Shown in pieces: positions 48,298 to 58,487 of a stretch of DNA of 64,000 nucleotides; positions within the stretch are counted from its first letter, which is position 1; the number at the start of each line of letters is the position of its first letter. The translations under genes were made by a program, and so were the position numbers. Below the pieces are notes generated by a model. It was not told the DNA's origin, made no database searches, and was given only the letters and a program-made list of their open reading frames with translations. This DNA comes from an uncultured Porphyromonadaceae bacterium (GTDB lineage Bacteria; Bacteroidota; Bacteroidia; Bacteroidales; Muribaculaceae). The stretch spans positions 412,802-476,801 of the forward strand of contig CABQXY010000028.1 in the NCBI GenBank assembly GCA_902468245.1, in the 5' to 3' direction.

Positions 48298-48777
48298 ATG
48301 GATAAACAGGATATGCTGGATCGCCGCTATCTGCGCATGGCCACGATATGGGCCGAAAACTCATACTGCGAGCGCCGCAAGGTCGGCGCCCTGTTGGTTA
48401 AGGACAAGATGATAATCTCCGACGGCTACAACGGCACTCCCTCGGGATTCCCCAACGTGTGTGAGACCGAGGAGGGCACCACTTTCCCGTACGTGCTTCA
48501 TGCCGAAGCCAACGCCATCACCAAAGTGGCCCGCAGCAACAACAGCAGCGAGGGGAGCACCCTCTATATCACCGCAAGTCCATGCATGGAGTGCTCGAAA
48601 CTGATAATACAGGCGGGTATAAAACGTGTGGTTTTCTCCGACCTGTACCGCATCACCGACGGTCTCGACCTGCTGAAACGAGCAGGCATCGAGACCGTAC
48701 ACATCCCCTTGGACAATGACGGAACGGATGCCGGTGCGTGCGGATGTGATGATTGTAAGGATCAATCCATACATTGA
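48298..48777 (+). CDS. dCMP deaminase (deoxycytidylate deaminase)
   Basis: 159 aa; HAEANAI and PCMECSKLI zinc motifs. Confidence 0.8.
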   Translation: MDKQDMLDRRYLRMATIWAENSYCERRKVGALLVKDKMIISDGYNGTPSGFPNVCETEEGTTFPYVLHAEANAITKVARSNNSSEGSTLYITASPCMECSKLIIQAGIKRVVFSDLYRITDGLDLLKRAGIETVHIPLDNDGTDAGACGCDDCKDQSIH

Positions 48778-50402
48778 TGAAAAAGAAAAATTACGGATAC
48801 ATACTGTTGCCTCTGTTCCTGAGTCTGGGCATAATCGGAGGCTTGTTCATCGGCAGATACTCCAGCGAACAGCGGATGAGCCCGGGCGAGGAGAAACTTC
48901 GCACTGTGCTTGGCATGATACAGGAGCAATATGTGGATCCGATAGACATAGACAGCCTGATAAACGAGTCGATACCCGACCTGCTGGCATCGCTCGACCC
49001 GCATTCGGCCTACATTCCGGCCGAATCGCTGACCATAGCCAACGATGACCTTGAGGGCTCGTTCGGCGGCATCGGCGTGGCTTTCCAGGTGCTGAACGAC
49101 ACCGTGACCGTGGTGGAAGTAATAACCGGCGGCCCTGCCGAGAAAGTCGGAATCCTGCCGGGTGACCTTATACTGGAAGCCAACGGCAAGAAGCTGACCG
49201 GCGAGAAGATAACCAGCGACGAAGTGTTCAAGACACTGCGCGGCAAGGAGGGAACGAAAGTCAAGACCCTGGTGAAGCGCCGCAGTTCCAAGACTCCGCT
49301 CACGTTCGACATAGTTCGCGGCGAGATACCCTCCAACAGCGTGGATGCTGCATATATGCTGACTGATGATACCGGATACGTGAAGGTCAGCAAGTTCGCG
49401 CGTACCACCTACAGCGAGTTCTACACAGCTTTGACCCGACTGCAGAAGGAGGGAGCCAAGAAGTACATAGTAGATCTTCGCGGCAATTCGGGCGGCTTCA
49501 TGGACCAGGCCATATATATGGCCAACGAGTTCCTGCCGGCCGGGCGCGGCATAGTATTCACCAAGGGCCGGATAGCCGAAAACCAGACCATAGCCACCAG
49601 CGACGGCACCGGACAGTTCCAGAACGTGCCGCTGACCGTAATAACAAACGAGTTCTCTGCCTCCGCGTCGGAAATATTTGCCGGAGCCATCCAGGACAAC
49701 GACCGAGGTCTCGTTATCGGTCGCCGCACGTTCGGCAAGGGATTGGTACAGAACCAGCTCTCGCTGCCTGACAGCTCGGCCGTACGTCTTACCGTGGCCC
49801 GCTATTATACGCCGTCCGGACGATGCATCCAGAAGGAATACAAGCGTGGCAAGGATGGCAAATACGAGATGGACATCGCCGACCGATACACGCACGGCGA
49901 GTTCTATTCGCGCGACAGCATCAAGCTGGACAAGAGCAAACTGTTCCGCACCGTGAACGGGCGCGAGGTGTACGGAGGCGGCGGCATCATGCCCGATGTG
50001 TTCGTGCCCGAAGACACCACGGGTTACACTTCCTACTATCTGGAGGCTGTGAACAAGGGTCTGATCAATACTTTCGCGCAATATATGGCGGACTCCTACC
50101 GCCCGATGATGAAGGACAAGAGTGTGGAGAGCATGATGCGCATCCTGCCGCGAGACAACACGCTGCTGCAGAACTTCGTGAGCTATGCCGCCGGCAAAGG
50201 GCTGCCCGCAAGGTGGTATTACATCAACCAATCGCGCGGTTTGTTGTTAAATCAGATAAAGGGAGTGATTGCGCGCGACCTGGTAGGCTACGAAGGCCTG
50301 ATCAAGATACTGAATCAGGAAGACAAGACGGTATCGGAGGCTTTGCGTCTGCTGGAACAGGGACAATCGCCCGTAAACATCAAACCAAGTAAAAAGAAAT
50401 AG
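48774..50402 (+). CDS. S41 family C-terminal processing peptidase (PDZ domain)
   Basis: 542 aa; N-terminal TM, PDZ, S41 catalytic region (GNSGG..., ...ASASEIFAGA...). Confidence 0.85.
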   Translation: MMKKKNYGYILLPLFLSLGIIGGLFIGRYSSEQRMSPGEEKLRTVLGMIQEQYVDPIDIDSLINESIPDLLASLDPHSAYIPAESLTIANDDLEGSFGGIGVAFQVLNDTVTVVEVITGGPAEKVGILPGDLILEANGKKLTGEKITSDEVFKTLRGKEGTKVKTLVKRRSSKTPLTFDIVRGEIPSNSVDAAYMLTDDTGYVKVSKFARTTYSEFYTALTRLQKEGAKKYIVDLRGNSGGFMDQAIYMANEFLPAGRGIVFTKGRIAENQTIATSDGTGQFQNVPLTVITNEFSASASEIFAGAIQDNDRGLVIGRRTFGKGLVQNQLSLPDSSAVRLTVARYYTPSGRCIQKEYKRGKDGKYEMDIADRYTHGEFYSRDSIKLDKSKLFRTVNGREVYGGGGIMPDVFVPEDTTGYTSYYLEAVNKGLINTFAQYMADSYRPMMKDKSVESMMRILPRDNTLLQNFVSYAAGKGLPARWYYINQSRGLLLNQIKGVIARDLVGYEGLIKILNQEDKTVSEALRLLEQGQSPVNIKPSKKK

Positions 50403-50404
50403 CT

Positions 50405-50974
50405 ATGGATAAGCGAGACATAAGGAGAAAGGTGAGCGCGATGCGCAAGATGCTGTTGGAAACCGAAAAAGAGGCATCGGCACTGGAGGTGTTCGCGCGT
50501 CTGGAAGACACGGCCGCGTTCATGATGGCTGACCGCATCCTTATGTACCACTCGCTGAGCGACGAACTGTCCACACGAGCATTCCTGCAGAAATGGCACG
50601 GCCGCAAGCATTTCTATCTGCCGCGTGTCAATGGGGTGAACCTGGAGATACTGCCATACGACGAGTCACGTCTGGAACTCGGCTCGTTCCACATCGAGGA
50701 GCCTACGGGCAATGACACGGTGGACGCCCGCGAACTGGAGATGATTGTAGTGCCGGGTGTGGCCTTCGACCGACGCGGTAACCGGCTGGGCCGCGGCAAG
50801 GGGTTCTATGACCGCCTGTTGGCGGGTACCAATGCTACGACAGTAGGTGTGGGTTACGATTTCCAGCTGATGGACGAGATTCCATGCGAGGAACACGACG
50901 TGCCCATGGATTATGTCATAACGCAGCACACCACAATGCGTTTCCACAAGCCTAAAAAGCACCGAAGCTATTAA
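50405..50974 (+). CDS. 5-formyltetrahydrofolate cyclo-ligase
   Basis: 189 aa; family-size and GNRLGRGKGFYDR motif. Confidence 0.75.
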   Translation: MDKRDIRRKVSAMRKMLLETEKEASALEVFARLEDTAAFMMADRILMYHSLSDELSTRAFLQKWHGRKHFYLPRVNGVNLEILPYDESRLELGSFHIEEPTGNDTVDARELEMIVVPGVAFDRRGNRLGRGKGFYDRLLAGTNATTVGVGYDFQLMDEIPCEEHDVPMDYVITQHTTMRFHKPKKHRSY

Positions 50975-51099
50975 ACCTACCAGTTAATTTTAATTCAAAT
51001 TAACAGACACAACACTAACCGCTACGTTCCCATTTTTCCCATCTCTCCTCATAATACCACTCCTCTCAATAATTAAAACACACCAATAACAATATAAAT

Positions 51100-53904
51100 A
51101 TGATCAGAAAGATTGCGAGTCTGGCCATGCTGGGAATGACCTGTGTCATGGCATACGGACAGAATCCGGCGATTCCGTTGAATCCGGAAGTAAGACACGG
51201 CAAGCTGGACAACGGCCTGACGTACTACCTCCTGCACAACGAGGAGCCGAAGGAGCGTGCCAACTTCTACATCGCGCAGAAGGTCGGTTCCACGCTCGAG
51301 AACGAGAATCAGCTTGGTCTGGCCCACTTCCTGGAGCACATGGCTTTCAACGGCACCAAGCACTATCCCGGCAAGAACATGCTGAACTATCTGCAGTCGA
51401 AGGGCATCCGCTTCGGCGCGGACATCAACGCCTACACCGGCTTTGACGAGACAGTGTACAACATCGACAACGTACCTACCACCGACAAGGCCCTGATGGA
51501 TTCCGTACTGCTCGTGCTGAGCGACTGGAGCGGCAGCATCCTGCTGGAGGAAGACGAAATCAACGCCGAGCGTGGCGTGATCGAGGAGGAGTGGCGCAGC
51601 CGCCGCGATGCCCAGAACCGTATGTTCGAGGCTATCCTCCCTGTATTGTACAAGGAGTACCAGTATCAGCAGATGCCTATCGGCAAGATGGAGATTGTAC
51701 GCAACTTCCCGCCGCAGGCCATCCGCGACTACTATCACAAATGGTATCGTCCGGACCAGCAGGGCATAGTGATTGTCGGTGACTTCGACGTCAACGAGAT
51801 GGAGCAGAAGGTGAAGGACCTTTTCAGCAAGATTCCGATGCCCGAGAATGCCGCTCCCCGCGTATATCCCACGGTCAGCGACAACGAGAAGCCCATCTTC
51901 GCGTATTTCACCGACAAGGAAATGCCTTACAAGATGATCAGCGTGTCGTTCAAGAGCGACAAGATTCCTTTCGAGGAACGCAACACCGTCATGGCATATA
52001 TGCAGGAGAGGGTGGTACAGGCTCTGATCGAGATGATGATCAACAACCGTCTGCAGGAGCATTCCAAGGATCCCAACTGCAAGTACTCGTATGCCGGCGT
52101 GAGCTTCGGAGACTTCTATGTATCGACCACCAAGGATGCGTTCGACATCACCATCATAGCCAAGGACGGCATCAAGGATGCTTACGACGACGCTCTGGCC
52201 ATCGTGGCCCGTGCATGCAAGACCGGATTCATGGAGTCCGAACTGGTCCGCGCACGCGACGAACTCCTTTCCACCTACGAGAAGGCCTACAACGAGCGTA
52301 AGTCCACCAAGACTTCGACTCTGGCACGTCGCCTGATCCGCACGTTCATCGACAATACCGCCAATCCCGGTGCCGAACAGGAGTACACGATGATGAAGCA
52401 GGTTCTTCCGGTGATACCCGTTCAGGAACTTAACATGATGGCTACCCAGATACTGACGCCCAACAATCAGGTCATAGTCGTTTCGCAGCCTGAGCGCGAG
52501 GGTATGGAAATGGTGTCCGAGGAGGTGATGACAGCCGACCTCAACAAGATCATAAACGCCGAGTACACGGCATACGTAGACGAGGAGCTTCCGTCCACAC
52601 TGGTGGCCAAGGCTCCGAAGGCCGGCAAGATCAAGAGCGAGAAGGCGGGTCAGTTCGGAACAACAGAATTCACTCTGAGCAACGGCGCAAAGGTTGTGAT
52701 CAAGCCCACCGACTTCAAGGCCGACGAGATTCTGTTCACCGCCTTCCGCAAGGGTGGCCGCGACATCTACAGCAAGAACCAGGCTGCAAATGTGATGTGC
52801 ATGTCGGACGCTGTGGACGCTTCCAAATTCGGCGAATACAAGGCATCGACCGTATCGAAATATCTGGCAGGCAAGAAAGTAGAACTGAGCTATAGCGTAG
52901 GCAACGCCGTGACGTCGCTCAAGGGACAGTCCACTGTCAAGGATCTGCCCGTGTTCATGGAGGTGCTGTACGAGACCATGACCGACCTTCAGCCTGACAC
53001 CGCGGCTTATCGCGCCAACATTGAGCAGACCATCGGTTTCCTCCGCGAGCAGGAAAAGAGTCCGCAGTTCGTGTTCAGCAGCCGTCTTGACCAGGCTCAG
53101 AATTGCCACGACGACCTCTATTACAACGTGCCCTCCGTCAGCATTCTGGAGAAGGCAAACTATTCCGAGATGCTCAAGATGGCCAAGCAGAGCATGGCCA
53201 ATGCCGCTGACTTTACATTCCTGTTCGTCGGCAACATCGACGCTGCGACTCTGAAGCCGCTGCTTGAGAAATACATCGCATCGCTTCCCTCCAAGGGCAA
53301 GGCTTCGCAGGTAAAGGTTATCTCGCCCCGTCCATACGTCAAGGGTGATGTGAAGGACCACTTCGACATCCCGATGGCCACTCCTTCGACACAGGTGTTC
53401 GTTGTCAGCAACGGTACCGACATTCCTTACTCCATAGCCAACAGCTGCATGATTTCGGCAGTAGGTGATATCATGGACATCATTTACACCGAGACTCTGC
53501 GTGAGGAAGAAGGCGGCACATACAGCCCCCAGGGATTCGGAGGCTTCAACCAGTACACCAACCACTGGCAGCTCGGCTACTGGTTCCAGACCAATGCCGA
53601 TGTGCAGCAGAAACTGGTTGACCGCGCCAACACCGAGCTTGCAAACCTGCTGAAGAACGGTGCGAAAGCCGAGCACTTCAACAAGGTACGCGAGGCTATG
53701 GCAAAGCAGTACGAGATCAATGTCCGCACCAACAACTATTGGAAAAACAATCTGATAGACTGGCTGCTGGGCTTCGACAACATCTCCGGCCACAAGGCAG
53801 CCATCGACGGCATGACCGTAGAGGGCCTGAACAAGTTCATGAAGCAGCTTGACCCCTCCAAGAACCGTCTTGACTTTGTAATGACAGGTGTAGCCGAGAA
53901 GTAA
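51100..53904 (+). CDS. M16 family (insulinase/pitrilysin-like) zinc peptidase, secreted
   Basis: 934 aa; signal peptide; inverted zinc motif HFLEHMAFNGT (HxxEH). Confidence 0.85.
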   Translation: MIRKIASLAMLGMTCVMAYGQNPAIPLNPEVRHGKLDNGLTYYLLHNEEPKERANFYIAQKVGSTLENENQLGLAHFLEHMAFNGTKHYPGKNMLNYLQSKGIRFGADINAYTGFDETVYNIDNVPTTDKALMDSVLLVLSDWSGSILLEEDEINAERGVIEEEWRSRRDAQNRMFEAILPVLYKEYQYQQMPIGKMEIVRNFPPQAIRDYYHKWYRPDQQGIVIVGDFDVNEMEQKVKDLFSKIPMPENAAPRVYPTVSDNEKPIFAYFTDKEMPYKMISVSFKSDKIPFEERNTVMAYMQERVVQALIEMMINNRLQEHSKDPNCKYSYAGVSFGDFYVSTTKDAFDITIIAKDGIKDAYDDALAIVARACKTGFMESELVRARDELLSTYEKAYNERKSTKTSTLARRLIRTFIDNTANPGAEQEYTMMKQVLPVIPVQELNMMATQILTPNNQVIVVSQPEREGMEMVSEEVMTADLNKIINAEYTAYVDEELPSTLVAKAPKAGKIKSEKAGQFGTTEFTLSNGAKVVIKPTDFKADEILFTAFRKGGRDIYSKNQAANVMCMSDAVDASKFGEYKASTVSKYLAGKKVELSYSVGNAVTSLKGQSTVKDLPVFMEVLYETMTDLQPDTAAYRANIEQTIGFLREQEKSPQFVFSSRLDQAQNCHDDLYYNVPSVSILEKANYSEMLKMAKQSMANAADFTFLFVGNIDAATLKPLLEKYIASLPSKGKASQVKVISPRPYVKGDVKDHFDIPMATPSTQVFVVSNGTDIPYSIANSCMISAVGDIMDIIYTETLREEEGGTYSPQGFGGFNQYTNHWQLGYWFQTNADVQQKLVDRANTELANLLKNGAKAEHFNKVREAMAKQYEINVRTNNYWKNNLIDWLLGFDNISGHKAAIDGMTVEGLNKFMKQLDPSKNRLDFVMTGVAEK

Positions 53905-53929
53905 TCGGAAACACCCAGACACAATATAA

Positions 53930-53956
53930 GGCCCCGGGTCGTTGCGACCCGGGGCC
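53930..53956 (+). terminator. intrinsic terminator after M16 peptidase
   Basis: GGCCCCGGGTCG-TTG-CGACCCGGGGCC followed by TTTGTTATTG. Confidence 0.6.
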
Positions 53957-53967
53957 TTTGTTATTGA

Positions 53968-54029
53968 ATTAAATCAGGATTAATCGAGATAAATCGGGAT
54001 TAATCGAGATAAATCGGGATAAATCGGGA
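53968..54029. repeat. about 6 tandem 10-bp units (GATTAATCGA / GATAAATCGG alternating) between M16 terminator and serA stop
   Basis: exact 10-bp periodicity read directly; each GATTAATC is itself palindromic. Confidence 0.8.
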
Positions 54030-54947
54030 TTATTTATTCACGCGGTATTTGTCCCAGCCGTCGGTGAGGTAGGCCACGGCCTGCTCGGCGGCGGCTACGC
54101 CGGCGTTGAAGTTGGCTTCGGTGGTCTGAGCTCCCATCTTCTTGGGCGTGAAGAACACGCGTGCGGCGAATTTCTTCTCGAACTCCTCGGCTGTGTCGGG
54201 CTTGATGTCGCTGACATAGCGCAGGTCGGGACGCTCCTCCAGGGCCTTCATCAGACCTTCCTCGTCTATCACCTCCTTGCGGGCGGTGTTGATCAGCACA
54301 CCGTTCTTCGGCATCTTCATCACAAGGTCGTAGCCGATGCTCTTGCGCGTCTCGGCAGTAGCCGGGATATGCAGCGACACGAACTGATTTTCAGTAAAGA
54401 GTTCGTCGGCCGAATGCAGCGGCTTGACGCCTTCGCCTTCCATCATCACGTCGGGCACGAACTTGTCGAGCGCCGATACATGCATGCCGAATCCCTTGGC
54501 TATGCGTGCCACGTTGCGGCCTACCTGTCCGAAGGCGTAGAGACCGAGTGTCTTGTCCTTAAGCTCAGTTCCAGACTTGCCGTTATACTGGTTGCGGCAC
54601 ATCATGATTATCATTCCGAACACCAGCTCGGCCACGGCGTTTGAGTTCTGGCCGGGGGTGTTCATCACGCAGATGCCATGCTTGGTGGCTGCTTCGAGGT
54701 CGATGTTGTCGTAGCCGGCACCGGCGCGCACTATCACCTTCAGCTGCGGAGCTGCGTCCATGATGTCGTTGTCTATCTTGTCGCTGCGGACAATCAGTCC
54801 GTCGGCGTTCCTGACGGCTTCCAGCAGGTCGGCGCGTGTGCCTCCCTCAACCACTTCCAGCTCGTTGCCCGAGGCGTTGATGCTGTTCTCTATGGCTTTG
54901 ACAGCGGCCGGGGCAAACGGCTTTTCGGTAAATACAAGTATTTTCAT
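54030..54947 (-). CDS. serA: D-3-phosphoglycerate dehydrogenase (short-form, D-isomer 2-hydroxyacid dehydrogenase)
   Basis: 305 aa; NAD-binding GxGxxG (GQVGRNVARIA), conserved context with serC. Confidence 0.8.
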   Translation of the reverse strand: MKILVFTEKPFAPAAVKAIENSINASGNELEVVEGGTRADLLEAVRNADGLIVRSDKIDNDIMDAAPQLKVIVRAGAGYDNIDLEAATKHGICVMNTPGQNSNAVAELVFGMIIMMCRNQYNGKSGTELKDKTLGLYAFGQVGRNVARIAKGFGMHVSALDKFVPDVMMEGEGVKPLHSADELFTENQFVSLHIPATAETRKSIGYDLVMKMPKNGVLINTARKEVIDEEGLMKALEERPDLRYVSDIKPDTAEEFEKKFAARVFFTPKKMGAQTTEANFNAGVAAAEQAVAYLTDGWDKYRVNK

Positions 54948-54959
54948 AGTATCACTGCA

Positions 54960-56027
54960 TTAATGTTTGGCTTCGAATTCCTTCATTACGGCTACCAATG
55001 CCTCCACGCTCTCCTTGGGTAGTGCGTTATAGAGCGACGCGCGGAATCCGCCAACCGAACGGTGACCCTTGATGCCTACCATTCCCTTGCTTGTGGCGAA
55101 GTCCAGGAAGTCCTTCTCCAGCTCGGCGTAGTCGGGCTTCATGACGAAGCATACGTTCATTATGGAGCGGTCCTCCTCGGCCACTGTGCCAGTGAACAGC
55201 TTGTTGCGGTCAATCTCGTCATAGAGGATTGCTGCCTTCTCCAAGTCGCGGCGTTCCATCTCGGCCACGCCTCCCTGCTCCTTGTAGTAGCGCAGTGTCA
55301 TCAGCGCCGAGTAGATGGGCAGTACTGGGGGAGTGTTGAACATCGAGCCTTTCTTCACGTGCGTGCGGTAGTCGAGCATTGTGGGAATGGGGCGGCTCAC
55401 GTGACCTAAGGCCGATTCCTTGACGATGACGATGGTGACGCCGGCGGGGGCCAGGTTCTTCTGTGCGCCTGCGTAGATCACCTCATACTTGGTGGGATCG
55501 AACACGCGCGAGAAGATGTCGGACGACATATCGCACACCATGGGCACCGGGCTGTCGGGATCCTTGCGGAGTTCCGTACCGTAGATGGTGTTGTTGCTGG
55601 TGTAGTGGAAATAGTCGGCGTCGGCGGGTATTACGAAGTTCTTGGGTATATAGTTGAACTTGGTGTCCTCGCTGCTGGCCACTACGTCGACCTCGCCGAA
55701 CAGTTTTGCCTCCTTGATGGCGTTGGACGCCCATGTGCCGGTGTTCAGATATGCGGCCTTCTTCTCCAGCAGGTTGAAGGGCACCATGCAGAACTGCATG
55801 CTTGCGCCGCCGCCTAAGAACAACACGTGGTAACCTTCCGGAAGCTGAAGAAGCTCCTTGGTCAGGGCCACGGCCTCGTCTACCACGGCCTGGAATTCCT
55901 TGCTGCGATGCGACACTTCCAGCACCGACAGACCCGTGTCTGCAAAATTAATCACTGCATCCGCTGTATTCTGGATGGTATAGGGCGTCAGTATGCTCGG
56001 CCCTGCATAAAAATTGTGCTTTTTCAT
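54960..56027 (-). CDS. serC: phosphoserine aminotransferase
   Basis: 355 aa; class-V aminotransferase with PLP-lysine region. Confidence 0.9.
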   Translation of the reverse strand: MKKHNFYAGPSILTPYTIQNTADAVINFADTGLSVLEVSHRSKEFQAVVDEAVALTKELLQLPEGYHVLFLGGGASMQFCMVPFNLLEKKAAYLNTGTWASNAIKEAKLFGEVDVVASSEDTKFNYIPKNFVIPADADYFHYTSNNTIYGTELRKDPDSPVPMVCDMSSDIFSRVFDPTKYEVIYAGAQKNLAPAGVTIVIVKESALGHVSRPIPTMLDYRTHVKKGSMFNTPPVLPIYSALMTLRYYKEQGGVAEMERRDLEKAAILYDEIDRNKLFTGTVAEEDRSIMNVCFVMKPDYAELEKDFLDFATSKGMVGIKGHRSVGGFRASLYNALPKESVEALVAVMKEFEAKH

Positions 56028-56212
56028 GCTTTCCTGTTTTGGGTTAATTAAGATTTCCCCACATAGTTTTTCATGGGTTTTACATTAAAGCATTGATTCG
56101 AACCGAAGTCACTTGATGCATTTATTTCGCAACCCCGATTCCATTGCAAATATAGTCCAAATTCTTCATTCCTCAAAATTAAAAGCAACCGACTGCAAAA
56201 ATAGACGTATAT

Positions 56213-56247
56213 AGCATAAAAAAAGAGGCACCGGGTTGCGGTGCCTC
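56213..56247 (-). terminator. intrinsic terminator of the second M13 peptidase gene (minus strand)
   Basis: minus-strand GAGGCACCG-CAACC-CGGTGCCTC followed by TTTTTTTAT. Confidence 0.55.
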
Positions 56248-56273
56248 CATAGGTATGGGTATGTAATGTAGGA

Positions 56274-58313
56274 TTACCAGATGGTGATTCGTTCGGATTC
56301 GGGGCGGAACATCTTGTCGCCGGCCTTGATGCCGAAAGCCTTGAAGAAGGGGTCGATGTTGCGCAGCGATACGTTGACGCGATTCACGCCCAGCGAGTGG
56401 GGATCGGCCATGGTGAGACGGCGCTTCTCTTCGTCGCGGATGTTGTTGGCCCAGAGGTTGGCGTAGTTCATATAGAATACCTGCGTGGGATCCAGACCGT
56501 CGATCTTGGCCTCCTCGGATGTGATGTCCACGCCTTTCTTCTTCTGCGAGTCGAGCCATGCGGTGTATGCCACGCGCAGACCGCCGTGGTCGGCGATGTT
56601 CTCGCCCAGGGTGTATGCGCCGTTAGCCTTCAGGTCGGGGAAGATCTCGATTTCATTGAACTGGTCGGCCAGACCCTGTGTCAGCTTCTGGAACTTTTCG
56701 GCGTCCTCGGGAGTCCACCAGTTCACCATGTTGCCCTTGGCGTCGAAGTTACAGCCCTGGTCGTCGAATCCGTGAGTCATTTCGTGGCCGATCACCACGC
56801 CGATACCACCGTAGTTCTCGGCATCGCTGGCCTCGGGATCGAAGAAAGGAGCCTGCAGGATGCCGGCGGGGAATACGATCTCGTTGGCCAGCGGGCTATA
56901 GTATGCGTTGATGGTCTGCGGAGTCATGCCCCATTCGGACTTGTCCACGGGCTTGCCCCACTTCTCCAGATAACGGTCCTGTGCCCACATCGCAGCGTTG
57001 TGCATGTTCTCGTAGTAGGAAAGGGCCGGGTCTATCTCCAGCAGAGAGTAGTCCTTCCACTTGTCGGGATAACCGATCTTGACGGTGAATGCGTTCAGCT
57101 TCTTCATGGCCTGCACCTTGGTGTCGTCGCTCATCCACGACAGGTTGATGATATGCTTGCCAAGAGCGTTGCGCAGGTTCTCCACCAGCTGCAGCATGTA
57201 TTCCTTGGAGCTCTCGGGGAAATATTTCTCGACATAGAGCTGTCCGATGCCTTCGCCCATCACGCCCTCGACGGCGCCCAGAGCCTTCTTCCAGCGGGGA
57301 CGCTGCTGCTGAACGCCCGACATCACCTTATTGAACTCGAAGCTTGCGTTGGCAAAGTCATCGCTCAGGTAAGGAGCGGCACCGCTGACATACTCCCACA
57401 GGTAGTAGTCCTTCTTCTCACGGTCGCTCAGTGTCTTTATCAGCTTGTCAGCCTGCTTTACAGTATTGATCTCGGTAACGATCACCGTCTCCGGCGCGTC
57501 GATGTTCATGGTCTCCTTGAACCAGCGGTTCCAGGGAATATTGGGGTACATCTCCTGAAGCTGAGCCATAGTGCGGATATTGTACATGGCCGGGATGTTG
57601 CGGCTCTGCTCGCGGGTCCATGTGGAGTCGGCCAGCAGGGTCTCGATCTTGATGACGTTCTTGGCGATGCGCTTGGCGTCCTTGGCGCTGTAGCCGGCCA
57701 GCTTCATGTCGGTCTGGATCAGCTTGTCGTAAGCGTTCAGGATGTCCTTGTGCTTCTTGTCCTTCAGCAGGTAATAGTCGCGGTCGCCCAGACCGAGGCC
57801 GGTGGATCCTACGTACATGGCGTAGATATTGCTGTTGCCGAGGTCCTCCTGCGGAGCGGCGTTGAAGAAGGGCGAGCCGTAGTTGCGGTGAATCCAGATC
57901 AGCAGGTTCTCCATATCCTCGGGCTTGGTGTTCTCGATCTTGGCCAGGTCGGCCTTGATGGGAGCGGCGCCCTCGCGGTTGCGGCGCACGGAGTCCATGG
58001 CCAGCTCATAGATGTTGGCGATCTTGTAGGCGTTGGTGCCCTTGGCGGGGTCGGTGGCGGCCAGACCCATCACCAGGCGCTGCACACGGTTGTTGCTCGA
58101 ATCGTTCAGGATGTTGAACTGGCCGTAGCGGCTGTACTCGGGGCTGAGGGGGTGATCCTTCATCCACTTGGAATTCACGTGGCCGTAGAAATCCTCCTTA
58201 GGCGAGATGTTGGGGTCGAGGCCTTTGCCGTCGAGACTTTTCAGATGCTCCTGTGCCATGCCGGGAACGGCAGCGGCTGCAAGTGCAAGTGCCAATAATG
58301 CTTTGGTTCTCAT
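56274..58313 (-). CDS. M13 family metallopeptidase (second paralog, secreted)
   Basis: 679 aa; signal peptide MRTKALLALALAAAAVPGMAQ; HEMTHGFDDQG; ~60-65% identical to the 281-2227 paralog over the catalytic domain. Confidence 0.85.
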   Translation of the reverse strand: MRTKALLALALAAAAVPGMAQEHLKSLDGKGLDPNISPKEDFYGHVNSKWMKDHPLSPEYSRYGQFNILNDSSNNRVQRLVMGLAATDPAKGTNAYKIANIYELAMDSVRRNREGAAPIKADLAKIENTKPEDMENLLIWIHRNYGSPFFNAAPQEDLGNSNIYAMYVGSTGLGLGDRDYYLLKDKKHKDILNAYDKLIQTDMKLAGYSAKDAKRIAKNVIKIETLLADSTWTREQSRNIPAMYNIRTMAQLQEMYPNIPWNRWFKETMNIDAPETVIVTEINTVKQADKLIKTLSDREKKDYYLWEYVSGAAPYLSDDFANASFEFNKVMSGVQQQRPRWKKALGAVEGVMGEGIGQLYVEKYFPESSKEYMLQLVENLRNALGKHIINLSWMSDDTKVQAMKKLNAFTVKIGYPDKWKDYSLLEIDPALSYYENMHNAAMWAQDRYLEKWGKPVDKSEWGMTPQTINAYYSPLANEIVFPAGILQAPFFDPEASDAENYGGIGVVIGHEMTHGFDDQGCNFDAKGNMVNWWTPEDAEKFQKLTQGLADQFNEIEIFPDLKANGAYTLGENIADHGGLRVAYTAWLDSQKKKGVDITSEEAKIDGLDPTQVFYMNYANLWANNIRDEEKRRLTMADPHSLGVNRVNVSLRNIDPFFKAFGIKAGDKMFRPESERITIW

Positions 58314-58393
58314 AGTTATGTTGTTTGGTGTTGTGTTTGATAATGGGGGAGAGGGGGAAGCGCCGGAGGCGGATGAGGTGGGCGCCGGAGACG

Positions 58394-58487
58394 CCGGGAG
58401 CGGAGCTCCTTACGGAAACGGCTCCGCGAGGATCAAAGAGGGAGCGGGCTTCTTTAAGGAAACGGCTCCGCGACGATATGGGGAGGG
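58394..58487 (+). repeat. two adjacent copies of dispersed GC-rich repeat element (CCGGGAGCGGAGCTCC-TTACGGAAACGGCTCCGCGAGG ... TAAGGAAACGGCTCCGCGACG..GGGGAGGG)
   Basis: shared 17-20 nt core ACGGAAACGGCTCCGCGA(G/C)G with copies at 7643-7688 (reverse) and 61931-61970; second copy supplies the last codons (..AEPFP*) of menF. Confidence 0.7.

Noticed and set aside
51073-53922. 949-aa ORF on the minus strand completely overlapping the M16 peptidase gene
   Set aside because: This is an antisense frame of a high-GC gene. The sense codons TTA/CTA/TCA, whose complements are stops, are rare at this GC content, so long antisense frames stay open. The product is Leu/Val/Gly/His-rich with no motifs. The plus-strand ORF has a signal peptide and the HxxEH zinc site.
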